A DNA stretch of 28,785 nucleotides from Lama guanicoe. Taxonomy: Eukaryota. A program made the translations under genes and the position numbers. Positions within the stretch are counted from its first letter, which is position 1. Every line of letters starts with the position of its first letter. The notes below the pieces were generated by a model. That model was not told the DNA's origin. It ran no database searches and saw nothing but the letters and a program-made list of their open reading frames with translations. This document shows, in pieces, positions 1-13,000 of the stretch. The stretch lies in the NCBI GenBank assembly GCA_013239625.1, contig MU054391.1:1796711-1825495 (forward strand), given 5' to 3'.

Positions 1-564
1 CTGGACCCTTACGAAAGACCTCCAGGGCCCACTGCGTCCTGCCTCTCGGGACAGGTGAGTGACACGGGTCTTTGAAACTGTCATCACCACCACACAGTGA
101 CAGAAAACCGTGTTTGCCTGAAACTTCTGAGGCGATTATCGTGTGGAGGACGGGGGAGCGTCGAGAGTCGTGTCTGTAATTGCTGGCGTTACCTAATTAG
201 GCAGGTGTTATCGGGGTTAATGAGTCATTAACACATGGAAAAGCAGTCAGTTCATTGTTTCTGCAATTTTATGCTATCAAGCAGAAAGCGTTTCTTAGGG
301 CAGCTGCACCTTAGCAGAATTCTGCAGAGGATAATTTCTGTTGTTGTGTTTCCAATAGGTCTGTAAGTTCGTGGTGGCCGTTGTTATTCATGGCACTGAT
401 TTTGTCCCTGTCCGTCCAAGGCGTGTACGAGTTTGTATATAGCGTGACTACGGGGTAACGGGGCGTGTGGGTGTGGATTGCCAGGCTTCAGTGACATCAC
501 CTTTTCTGGGGACCTTTCCAGAGTATCAGAGCCGTTTTTCACTTGTCGTCACTCAGGCGCTCAC

Positions 565-830
565 CATTCATTCATTCATATTCATGAAATACTTACCAGT
601 CCTGCTCTCGGGGCCACTCATGGTTCACGGCCCGGGGACACCTCACTGAACAGGACAAGCACGGTCCCTGCTCTCAGGAGGCTGCCGGTCTGCAAGGAGG
701 AGTCAGTAACAAGCAAATAAATCAGCACAGAAATGTCAGGCAGTGCTAGTGCCGGGGTGGAAGTAACTCAAGGTGTGTGGTCGTCAGGGCCGGCCTCCCG
801 GAGGAGCTGGCGTCTGAGCTGTGCAGAGAC
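565..830 (-). mobile_element. L2 LINE 3'-end fragment (old)
   Basis: Begins with (cattcatt)n, the reverse complement of the L2 TGAA-repeat terminus, followed by ...gggacac...gaacaggaca...gtccctgctctcaggag typical of antisense L2. Boundaries approximate. Confidence 0.65.
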
Positions 831-1014
831 CGGGGGGCACATGCCGGGGCGAGCGCCTGTGGGAACAAGGGAGGGAGGAGAGGGGAGGGCAGAGAAGCAG
901 GGGTGCCACCCCCACCTTTGCTTAGGTTTGGAGCAGTGCTGTGTATACGGGTGGTGTTTAACAGGTGTGTGCAGGCTGGAGCTGAGTCCTCAGGCGTACT
1001 GTTTCTCTTTTCAG

Positions 1015-1091
1015 ATCAAACCGGTGGTGCACTGCAACATCAACGTGCCTTCCAGGTGGCAGACGGTTCACCGTCCGTCCCGACAAATAAA
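1015..1091 (+). CDS. DCDC2C: DCDC2C coding exon (probably exon 3), 77 nt, phase 0->2, inter-DCX linker
   Basis: Acceptor gtttctcttttcag|ATC and donor ATAAA|gtgagt; encodes IKPVVHCNINVPSRWQTVHRPSRQI(N). Confidence 0.93.
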
Positions 1092-4000
1092 GTGAGTACC
1101 AGCCGCCACTTCTCTGAGCGCCTTACAGACGTCACCCCTCCCCTCTTCCCCCCCTCCCCTNNNNNNNNNNNNNNNNNNNNNNNNNNNNNNNNNNNNNNNN
1201 NNNNNNNNNNNNNNNNNNNCCCTCCCCTCTCTTCCCCCCTCCTCTCCCTCCCTCTGAGGCTGTTCCTTCCCTTCTTCCCTGTGATCCGGCCTTTCAGGGG
1301 CTGCAGATTCTTCCTCTCTTGAACCTTGGTTTTGGAAAAGCAATCTGATTGCCCCCCCGCAGTTCACCGTTCACGTGGGGGCGGCGGAAGCACACAGTGT
1401 AGCCTTGGCTTTTAATTGATTTTTGGTAATCTGGTCACTGCAGCTGCTGCAGGTGGAAAGGAAACGTAGAAGTTAGGTTCCCACCGCGAGCTCTCACTGC
1501 CAAAGCCCTGTGGGGACACACCCTCGGCAGGGCCCCCCAGGACCGGGGTGCCTGGATTCCTGGCTGCTCCAGGGAGCTGCTGGCATGGAGGGGCAGTGCA
1601 GCCTGTCTGTCCAGGTTAATCGGGACCACTTTGTGGGCCCACCTGCCGTACATTTGGGGTTGCAGAAGGAGAACATACTTGACCCAGACAAAGCGCTGGT
1701 TCAAATCCCGCCTTTCACTTTGTTGGCTCTGTGACTGGCACATACACCCTCTCTCCGAACTGGCATCCTCGTTTGTAACAGGAAGGTGACATCCGCCAGC
1801 AAGGATGGAGAAGGCTCAGTGGGGCCGCTCCCAGGAAGCCCTGCCCAGTGCTCGTCAAGGGCGGCCGTTCCCCCAAATCCTTCTTGTGTGGTGGTGTTCT
1901 GATACTTTAGGGATGACATCCCTGACATGACGTTACCCGGCTCTGCTCCCAGTGGGAGGAATTTCAGTGACTTTTCGGGGTCGTGGGCTCCGTGTCCGAG
2001 GGTCACCAGCAGCCGGCAGTCCCAGCCTCGCTTGGCTGGGGTCACGTCTGCCACATTGGGTTGAGTGGTCCCTTATGCCCCACTGCCCAGCAGAGGACCG
2101 AGGACCCTGCCAGACCCAGCGAAGCCCCAGATGGGAAGCCCAGGATGGAGGAAACACGACCTGTTTATTAGCTAAGCTGCTCCTTCCACTTTCCTTCCAA
2201 ACCCTACCATCATTCTTTAAAACACCTCTCCTTGAACTTCTGCAGGGGGGCCACTGTACACATCCGAGATCTTTCCCTGTGCCTTTTATATAACTGAGAG
2301 CTGTTTTGAAATACTGAGAAGCACAGTGTCCCTGAGTGTGTGAAGGGCACCCTTTTCTGAAGAATGGATGGAAATCTCAGGGAACATTATTGGCTTGTGG
2401 GTCCTTCCTGGCGGAGACACATACCCAGGGGATACGTATTTTTTCTTTTTGGTATGACTGAAGATGTCAATGGTTCTCACTTATTTTGATAGATTTTGTT
2501 TCTGTTATAAACTGGTCAGTCTTAAGACATGTGCCCCATTCTTTACGTTGGTGTGCTAGAAATTCCACTAGGTGGACCCAGACATCCATCCAAATGCAGG
2601 GTCTTTTCTACCAAGAAGAGGCCTGATCATGTTTCCTTGGAGACCTTGTAACTTAAAGACGAAGTGGTTAGGAGGGCTCTCCAAGCTCACGGCAGCGTGC
2701 CCGTTCCCCCGCCCTCAGGATGAGAACGCATAGTAAGTATCTTAAAAAAACTTGGATAAAAATACAAATGGCCTTGTCTCAGCACTTCTCTCCGTGTTAT
2801 TGCTAGTCATCTGTGTTTGGAAAGACTTTGGCGCAAACCACGCAGCAGCACCAGCAGGTGGGGCGCGGCCGGCCTCCCGTGCGGCGGTGACAGCCCCGGG
2901 GGTGCCTGTGCTCGGCCCGCGCGGAGCTTCCCTTTCGGGGTTTGTTTTCGGGTGGTATTTAAATATGGAGAAAGGTCGCCTCTGGGTTGATTGCAGGCCT
3001 TTTGCTACAGAGCCTCGGCTGAGAAAACGGATTCTCTTTATTGTGTACAAACATTTTAAATTAAAATTTACATTTACTCTGATAAAAGATGTATTTCTCC
3101 AATATTATTTGCATTTAAAGAAAAACAGTGACAATAAAGCAAGTCGTCACAAATGGTAGAGCAACACATTGCAGCCCGGTGTGGTCCAGCCGAGCTCCTG
3201 CAGCCTGACGTGCGTGTTTCACGGCGTCGTAAGGTGAGCCACGGGGGTCTGGAGCTGTGCCCACGCGGCGCGGCCTCGCAGCGCCAGAGAGCCGGTAACT
3301 GCGCTGGGTCTGTGCCGGCCACACCCTGCCCCCTGCGAGAGTGAAGCCAGCAGCGCCTGTCATCTTTCCCAGGATGCACGTAACCGCCTTTGGGACCCTG
3401 TCTTGGGACAGTGGGAAGGGACGGTAGCTGCATTTGAACTATTATTTATTGACTTACTTAATTTTTTTGTTGAGGTGTAGTTGACGTATAGCGTGCTAGT
3501 TCCCGGTGCACGGCAAGGGGACTCAGTCACACGTGATGCGTGTGTGTTATATACGTATTTTTCATCATAGGCTTTTGCAAAGGTACTGAGCACCGATCCT
3601 TGTGCTGCACGGTAGGACCCTGCGGTTCGTCTGTTGTACATACAGCAGTGGTGTAGCTGTTAATCCCAGACTCCCAATTTATCCCTCCCCCCGCTTTCCC
3701 CTTTAGAAACCATAAGTTTGTTTTCTGTCTGTGAGTCTGTTTCTCTTTTGTAAATAAGCTCCTTTGCATCGTTTTTTAGGTTCTACATAAAAGTGATACC
3801 ACGTATGTGTCTTTCTCTGTCTGACTTACTTCACTTAGTATGATCATCTCGAGGTCCACTCATGATGCTGCAAGTGGCATTATTTCACCCTCTTTATGGC
3901 TGAGTAGTACTCCATTGTGTGTATATGTATGTACATGCACCGCATCTTCCTCACCCAGTCATCTGTCGATGGGCATTTAGGCGCTTCCGTATCCTGGTTA

Positions 4001-7000
4001 ACAGCTGCATTTTTATAGGCAGAACATCCCCGTTTGTTTTCCAGCTGGTCACAGTTTTCATCTGTGTTACCCGCTGTCATGAAGGCGTATTTTAAAAAGG
4101 ATATTGTTTAGTCCTGTTCCTCTGGGTGTTTCATATCCTATGAAGCCATGTCCCCAGTGCTCCTGTTCCGTTGCTGGCTCTGAGCGCCCGGGCGGCTGGT
4201 GGCCGTCCTCTCTGGGGTGGGATGTGGGCCCTGAGGGGCTGTCACGGTTCTCTAATTACATGCTTTTCTTGAATTCCCAGAGTTTTCCCTAAAGCGTGAG
4301 GCACTAATGATGGCTTTTCCTTTTATTCTTGCAGTGTTTTCACAAATGGAAGATTATTTATCCCACCTGTGAAAATTATTATCCCCAAATTCAGCCTGAT
4401 GGAGTGGAATTGTGTGCTGGCCACGATTGGAGAGAAAGTCTTTCCTCTGGGAGGCGTTCGAAAGTAAGGCTCTCACTCGGCTGTGGGGACCCGGGTCTGG
4501 GGGCTTGTTTTGTGCTTTTCAAGGAGGATTTCCTGCCTGGACCAGCAAGGTCTGAAATGATTCATGGTTCACTCTGATTTTATTTGTTCAACAAAGTTAC
4601 TGAGCATCCGCCCCGCGCTGGGCGTGGTGACTACAGCTGACAAGGGGGCTTGGTGAGCAGCGGGCGAGGGGTGGGGCTGCAGCCGTGACCATGAGCGAGT
4701 GTGGCGTTTTGGGGGAAGTTCTCCGTCGTTCCCTGCATACAGCTGAGTGTTACTGCGAGGATGCAGTAGACCAGGAAGGTCCTAGAGCCAGGCCGTGGGG
4801 TCCTGGGCTGGAGGGTGGGACGTGAGAGGCGGGGTGGTGGGGGGACAAGGTCCTGAGCAGATGGACGGTGCTGTGACCTGGAAGATGGGCGCTGGGGAGG
4901 GGAGAGGAGAGCAGGGCAGTGAACAGAAGGACCAGGGGGTTTGCCGAGCAGCGCCGAGCCCAGTGGGACCGGATGCTGGGATCTGCAGTGGCAGCTGCAG
5001 GGCTGCAGGGTCCTTGGACGAGACGGGCAGGTGGATGGAGTCGTCCATGGCTGCGTGTGGGCAGGGACCAGCAGGGGAGAGGTTCCGTGTGCACAGGGGT
5101 TTAAGGGGGAGCTGGCTAGGGGGGACAGCAGGGGGTCAGACCACGGGCCTGGCTGTGGGGGTCTCAGAGGGAGCAGTGAGGAGCGGCATGGATACAAAGC
5201 CGTAGTGGGAGGTTAAGACCTGGCATCGGGGACGGCGCTGGGGTGACGAGCAGGCCGAGCCCTGCCGTGGGAGGGTGTTGAGAAAATGCAGAGAAGACAG
5301 TCTTGATCTTTAAAGGTGAGGACTCAGGAGACGTGGTTTGAGGCTGAAGGGTCATCTTTATGCACAGCGGTGGTCCCCGATGGCAGGCGCTGCGGGGGAA
5401 GAGCGAAGATGTTACTCCTTTTCACTTTGTTGTCAACTAACTCCCTCGGGGGTAAATTAAAACATAAAAGATGGATCTCCCAAGAGTTGTGTTACCGGCA
5501 ACCCCAGTGGACAGACGCACTTACTGGTGATAAGACGTAAGTGCTGGGAGCCTCAGGGCCCGGGCTGGCTGCTGGCCTGGCGAGCGTGGTGAGGAACGGT
5601 GACCACAGATGTTCTAGGAAGGTGGGCGTCTGTACGATCAGTACCGTAAGTGCCCGAGTCCAGAATGCAGTTGTAAATATTAGTGTTTCACTCCTGAAGA
5701 AACAGGGACAATCGTGTGGAGCAGATACAAGTGTGCATAGTTTTGAAAGAAGCCAGAAACAGTGGAATTAATCATAAGTGTCACATATAAAATCATAAGT
5801 GTCACGTGGTGGCGAAAGTAAGAGAAAAATTGAATTAATCATAAGTGTCACATATAAAATCCTAAGTGTCACGTGGTGGCGAAAGTAAGAGAAAAATCCT
5901 CGTAGGGGAGAGGCGAGCAGGCAAGTAAGGTACTTAGAGGGAAAATAGGACACTGGATCAGTAACTTTCTCTCTTTTTCCCCTGGACTTAAGTTAGTTCT
6001 CTGCGGCCGAGTTCAGGGAGAGTGCAGAAGCTGCAGACAGGGAGAAAGCTGAGAGAGCGCGCGCGGTGAGCCGGGCAGTCGTGTGACGTGCACACTGGGG
6101 CTTTTTAACGTCAATATACATGTTGGTTTGAACGGAGCCTAGAGCTAATGTTTAATACACGTTTGAAAAGTTGTTTGTATCCATCTGTGTTTATCCTTCC
6201 TTAGATAATGTTAACGTGCTTCGGTGGGGGTTCTGTTACACCTTTTTCTCGTGTCGATTGGAAATGTAGTCCAATTGTCAGTGGTGGTAAAATTGGTTGA
6301 TTTACTGGATGCTTTTGAGCTTGCAGGAGTGTGTGTTTGTGCATCGTGTTTGTATATTTCAGAGAAATCCTTAAGTGAAGTTGTGTGTGGGTCTCTGTGT
6401 GCGGGATTATTGCTGGTCTCGGTGTTAGAAAACGTGCTTCTCACAGACATTTTGTGGATTACGTGGTGGGCACGATGCTGACCATGGGGGGCCGGCCTAT
6501 GCCGCTCACCCCGGGAGCTTGCGGCAGACAGGGCAGGATCAGTCGGTCGTTGCAGCGGAGGGCAGACTGTCTAGGAGAGGAGACCCCCCGGCTTGGAGTC
6601 GAGGAACATGGCAGAGGAGAGGGTTGGCGTGAGAAAGGGCAGGAGTCGGGGTCGGGCGGGCTGGGGGCCTGGGAGGAGAGGCCGGCTGCCCCGGAGGTGG
6701 GCACCACCCCAGACGTGCATCCCGGGTGCCTCTCTGGCCTCACCCTGGTCCGGCCCTGGTTGGGAAAGGCAGTGTTACGGGAACTACCTGGGTGTGAGGC
6801 TGGCCAGGTGCTGTCCAGGAAGGGAAAGGCGTCAGCCTGGGGAGGGAAATGAGGGTGAAAGAGGGTGAGCTGGCCGGCCGAGGTCCCGTGGCCCTGGGCT
6901 CCTTCCATGTTACCTGCTGGAAGAGAAGGGTGGTGCGTGGCCCCTGGGCAGTCCTGAGACTCAGGCACAACTACTTTCCTTCTCCGCGTCCAGTTCAGTC

Positions 7001-10000
7001 CACACTTGTCGGGCGTGTGTGGGGCGCGTGCCCTGGACCTAACTGTCCGCCCTGAGCTTTTGCACCACCCATGGGCTCTTCCCGTTGGAGGCCTTCCCTC
7101 TTTCTGTGAATCTGTGACCTCAGCTTCATTATTTCTACGTGTATTTCTTGCTACTTCTACTGTAACTTGGTCTGGGGGTTCTTATTATCCGGGAGTTGGC
7201 ACTGCTCCTCATTTTGATTTCTTACCTTCTACGTATCCTGTTACCACTCCCTCCTGCTTCCTGGGAGAATTCCTCTGTCCACCTTCCAGACAGTAACCTG
7301 CACAGCCCAGCGCTGCTGCTGCTGCGGGGGTCTCGCACGCCCTCCGCCCCCGGTGCCCTGCCGTCCAGCCCTGGTGCCCGGGCTCTGGGAGCACGTGTCA
7401 GTCCCGCTGTCTCCCGGGGCCTCTCGCTGCCGAGGGCGTCTGCAGCGCCCTGACTTACTCCTGGGGACACTGGTGTCACCTGTCAGCCCTCCGGGGATGG
7501 GCCCTGATTGCCCCCAGGTGATGGCAGAAGAACAGAACTCCCAGCACCGCTCTTCTCTGGGAAGCCCGTGTTCCATGTCGCAGCCACTGGCCCCCGCGCA
7601 GCGTGGCTCTCCATGGTGTCCCACGAGTCTCCGGTCTGGAAGCTCTCCTCCGCAGGCCTCCAGGGTTGACCCAAGGCGGCGGTTCTTGGAGCTGCACTTG
7701 TTAGAGGTGGACTAGCCCTAGACTCGCTGCATCAGAAACTCCGGGGCCGGGGCCCAGCCAGGCGTCCGGGTGACTGACTCAGGCTGAGGCTTGGGGGTGC
7801 TCAGCAGAGGGGGTGAGTCCTGTGGGGCCCACCTGTTCCTTCTCTTCCCTCCACGTCCACGCCCACTGCTGTAATTGACCACGAGGTACTCCTGCGACAG
7901 CTTGTCTCCTCCCACAGGTGACATCCCATCCACAAGGGGCAGCTTACCGTGGCTGAAACCCAGTGCTATCCCGCACAGCCGTGCAGCCTCCACTCACTGT
8001 AACCAAATCGATGGTAAACTCCTCCCCCTAGATTTCCAGGCTCTAAGATTCAACGTTTAAGCTCTAAGTTTGCATTTCACCCTTCCATGACAGTCAACCC
8101 CTGCGTTCTGGCTTTTTGCAGAGGCCCCTTCTGCTATCCCAAGGATTCATGCCATCTTCACATGAGGAACCCCTACCTACCCTTCAAAGCCCCCTGCACT
8201 TTCTCCCACCTTAGTGAAGCTTGCCTTTAATCCTTCTCTTCCTTGAACGCCAGCACTTTGCCCTTCTCTGGTCATATTTGTCTTTATGAAGGTTTTTGTG
8301 CATTTCCTGACTTTGGGGAAGCTGTGACTTTCCTCTTTGTGTTTTCATCCAAGGCGATGCCTACCTGAGTGTCTAGTTCATAACAGATGCTCAGCATTGA
8401 ATGAATTGAGTAGTTTCTGAAATAAATGAACTAGTGAATTAAAACTTGCCAAAAAGAGCGCAGAATAAAACATAGACAAATATTAGTCTTTTGGTGTTTA
8501 TAAAAAGGCATAATATTTGCTAATAAATGCCAGTTTGTTTTCTAAGTATTGTTATAACAAGATAAGCCAATTTGTATTAATTTTAGCTATTATCAGTTAA
8601 AATTAATTGAACACCAACCAACAGCTTAAAATGTTCTCAAGGGTCCCTGAGCACTTGTACATAATTAAAGATGTACTTTAATTAAGAAACCTGAAAACGG
8701 AGAGCGAGCCTGGCCCGGGAGAGCCGCCCCGCGGGCCCGGCCGGCCCGTCTGGACGGTGTCTGCTCACGGAGCGTCAGCTCTCCCGCGGCCCACGCGCTG
8801 GCCGTGCTATGCGCCCAGTGCGCCCAGCCCGGCCCGGCGTCACTGCTGTCGGAGCCCCAGCCCGCTGCTTCTTTCTTCTTCTGCAGGTTGTTTACGATGA
8901 ACGGGCATCTTCTGGACGACTCGAAGGACTTGCAGGACAACCACTTCTACGTGGCGGCAGGACTGGAGACGTTCAAACACTTCCCTTACTGGAAGTGCCC
9001 AAGGGTCCCTGGCGACGTCCAGCAGTGAGCACACGGCCCCTCTCCCTCTCGCCTGTAAATCCCCCTCTTTCCCCGCCCAGCGTCTCTCCCCGGTGTGGCC
9101 TCTTCTGTCTGCCCTTCATGCTTATTTCGTAAGTGGTGCAATTTTGGGTTCTCACAGTCTAGGTGTGGAGGAACCGCTGCTGTTTGATATATTCACAAGG
9201 ACCACGAGGTCCTGCATGAAGTCCCTCGTCTTCCTCTGGGGTTACTGGGGTCATCGAGGTCAAGAGTCTAAATGTGCAAGATGGAGCCCGCCCCAGGCAC
9301 CGTCATGGGAGCCCATGCTCCACCTGGCATAATTTTGTTTTCTTAATTCCTCGCGCTTTTCCTTTTCTAAAACACAGGGTTTGTGTGGGGCGGCAGTCTC
9401 TGCTGGTGAACAAAGCAGTGACTTCTGGGGTGGATCTGGGACCTGGCTGATGGGGCGCCGCATGGCGTGTGCGGTTGTGGCCGTGAAGGGGTGGCTGGGA
9501 GGAAGCTGAGACGTGGGTGGGGGCTCCGGTCCCTTCGCCCTGCGGCTTGCGTCTGGAGTCGGGCGGACAGGCGCCTGTAGCTGAGCCGTTGCGCTCCCTT
9601 TGGACTCATACCTGGGGACGCCTGGCGGTTTTATCCTGAGGCAGAGGAGCCCAGCGCTGGGGCTCCGACGTGTGTCTGTGTCCTGCGCTGACGTCACGTA
9701 GAAGGAGGGGCTCCACGTCTGCAGAAAGCGCTGCTCAGGTTCACCCGCCTCGAGGTCGCGAGGTGAGGTGGTCTGGCTGCACTCCCAGGGCAGTCACCCT
9801 CGACGCCTCCTGGGACTCCCGCTCCTTGCTTCTCAGGTTGTGTTTGTGTGTGAAACCACAGGGCTCCCCACCCTGAGGGCCTGTGGGTCTGTGCAGTCCA
9901 ATCCCCCCCTCTTTCCTGCTGTGTCGGCCAGGCGGAGAGCGCCCTACGGGCCTGGGGCCCCGGGGCCACGCTCCCAGCGGGCTCCTGTGTGTCTGCTGCT

Positions 10001-13000
10001 GGGTGTCAGGGCTGGGCCGGGCTCAGCGGTGGCTCGGGAGGGCGGCTGACCTGCGGGACTGGAGTGCAGAGGCACGTCCTGATCCACGTGCTCAGTTTTG
10101 GTCCCAAACGAGGGCCCCGGGATCAGGGCTGAGGCTGGGTTTGCTGCCCTGGGGTCAGCTAAGAAGGCCGGCGTGGGGCCTGGGAGGACGGCAGGCCCTC
10201 AGGCGCTGGGGTGTCGGGAGCGTGGACACCGGACGCACGTAGCCCGGCCCTCCTTCACGAGACCGTCAGGTGCGATTTTAAGGTTCCAGTTTCCAGGGCT
10301 GCTGAGATGAGCGGTTTCTGGAGCTGACCTGGGAGGTCTCCCACCCTTGGTTGCTTAGCCCCCGGCTGGGTTTGAACCACACTTGGTGTCGGGAGCTTTT
10401 CGGGAGCCAGGAACCTCCCCGTAGCTGCTTCTCCGTCACGTTTTAACGGTCTCTGTGTTGAGCAAAGAACAGAGGTGCCTGTTCTCATCTCACTGTGGGG
10501 CAGGCAGGCGGCTTCAGCCTTGCAGGTGGGGGCCTCCACCCCACCCCCGAGGCCCCCTGCACGGAGCCCCGTTTGGGAAACTTGAGATGCCCTCGCGGGA
10601 GCGGTGTCTGGCGGACCTCATGCCTCTTCCGGCTCGTATGCCGGTAGGGTTTCTGCTTCCAGGCAGAGAACGGCTTCCTTTGTCCCTTTCGGATCGTGAC
10701 CCTCCAGGCAGGTGGTTAGGTTAGGGTCCGGCTAGCGCGCCTGCCAGGCCGAGGTGTTTCCTGATTTTGTCGATTCCTTAATCCATCACAGCTGGTCCTG
10801 GCAGCCTGGGGGTGGAAAGACGGGAGGAGCCGTTGAACTGAGCTGAATGGCTCTCTCTGCTGTGTCCCCTGCGCCATGCACAAGTTCCTTTGTCTTTCAA
10901 CGTGTTTTGTTTCCTCCTGTCATCGTTCACGTGTTGCACCCTGGCCGGAGTCTGTTGGTTGCTTAAATAGCTTTCTCCCTTGCCCAGGAGGTTGGGTGTG
11001 GATGAGGAGTTTCCGCAGAGTTGCTGAGAGACTGAAGTCCACTCACCCTTGGGGAAGTAGACCCAGGGGCGCTTTTGTGCTGGAGAACCATGTGGGGGGG
11101 CCCTTCCCCACGGGCAGAGGAACAGCTGGAGTAAAGCTGGACAAAGAGTGGGAAGCAGGCCTGCGGGCCCGCGGTTGTCAGCAGAGAAGGGGGAGAGGGC
11201 AGGGCAGGCGGCCCAGAGCTCTGACGGGCCAGGACGAGGACGGACCGGGTTTGGATTGGATTTTAGTCTCAGTTCTTCTGCCGATGAGCTGTGGGCCTGA
11301 GTGAACCCGTGGGTTCTGGGTTCTCTGAGAGCAGCGACGTAAGGGCTCCACACATCATGGCAAGGGCTGTGTGCAGAAGCCGTTGTCTGTGAGCGTGACT
11401 GACCAGCTGTCAGAAACTTTAAATGTCGGAACCCCACACCCCACTGCCCCCAGGGTCATATAGAAGCTTTAGGGCAGAAGGTGCCTGCAGACACGCAGCC
11501 TCGGGGGCAGGACCCCCCCCCCAAGTGAGAGACTCTCAGGGAAGGAACGTGAGCGACTGCCTTGGGGCCCACTCTCTCGGGAGCCTGGGGGCCACCCTGG
11601 TGTGGGCTTGTGTCCTCTGGGGACCCTGAGCTCCCTGCTCTTGATCGGTGCCTCCTGAGGTCACCGCAACAGCCTGCATGTTTCTTGCAGAGATTTTGGC
11701 CTAGCTCTAAACATCTCTAGCTGGACTGTCTTTTGTTTTTCAGGAAGTACACAGACATTGAGAAATACTCACGAAGAAAGAAAAAAGTAAGTACGACTGC
11801 AAAGGGGACGGGGAGGAGCGTGGTGGCCCTGGGTGTCCTTTGGCACTGACAGGGACCCACCATGGGACGGCCCCTCGTTGTAGAAGGGGCCTCTCAGCCC
11901 GCGTGGGGCGCCGGGCTTCCTCCTGTGGGCGAGGGAGCAAGGGACGACTTTGCTCAGAGTCCGGGGCTGGGAGGTTCTTTGGTGTGAATGGTACAGCCTT
12001 GAAACCCCATGCGTTAGTGGTTCTGGAAGCTTCCGCGCACGCAGGTGACGGCCCCTGTCTGCCGAACACCGCGGCGTGCTTCTGCTGCTCCTCCTCCGCC
12101 GTGTCGTCCTTGTGCCTTTGGCTCTATCGGTAGGGACGGAATTTTCTTTTCCTTTATGTTCGTTCTCTTGGGTCTAAAATCGGAGCACGTCTGTTCTGAT
12201 ACTGCATTTCCTTCTGTCTTCTGGGAGCCGTCACTGGGAAGTTAACCAGCTTTGATGAGGACACTGAATACTTTGAAATCTTTAGACAGAATGATCACAA
12301 ACAGCATAGACCGCAGTGCAAAAAATGTGCTATTTTAGAAAAATTAAGCCTATTATTGAAATTCTCATATGAAGTAGGTGTGACCAGAGCACACGGGAGC
12401 AGGTGCTCTAGAAAACAAAGTCCTGGAAGACGACGAAGGCGTTGGCTCAACGAAGCCTGCTGAGGGTTTTACGGCGCTCGCTGTCCCTCGGGTGAAGGTC
12501 AGCCTGACGCGTTTGTCTCAGAGCCAAGTGCTGGGGGCGGAGTGGCTCGGGCAGAGCGCGTGCTTGGCACGCACGAGGCCCTGCGTTCAATCCCCAGTGC
12601 CACCATTAAAAAAAAAAGAACTGAGTGCTGAGAAAGCCGTCGCCCCAGCTGCCGATGTGCGCGGTGCTGAGCGCGGGAACGGCTCCCCTCGCTGGCGCCT
12701 TGGGTGCGAGAGGCTGGACCTCGGGATTGTTCACAGCAACTGCACTGCAGTCAGTATGTTTGTTTCTTTCTTTACTTGTTCCTGATTTTCCCCTTCTAAC
12801 CGATTAACTTCTCTCATCTGTCTTCTGTGTGAACCACCTCAACATCCTTTTTCAAAGTGGGGAGGAAATTTAAAAATCAGGGCTGGAAACCCAGGCGGCC
12901 CCTCCGCGGGGACGTCACCCGCAGCATGTGGGGGGCTGTGTGCACCCTCTGTGACCCTCGTGCTCGAGGGTGTCGGGTGGGGAGAGGGGCGGGTCTCTGT

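Noticed and set aside
5765..5897. CRISPR-like repeat/spacer appearance of the four 15-mers
   Set aside because: The 'spacers' are themselves duplicated and unequal in length, the context is mammalian, and there are no cas genes.
10714..10727. Telomere-like ggttaggttaggg
   Set aside because: Only about two imperfect units, which is expected by chance.
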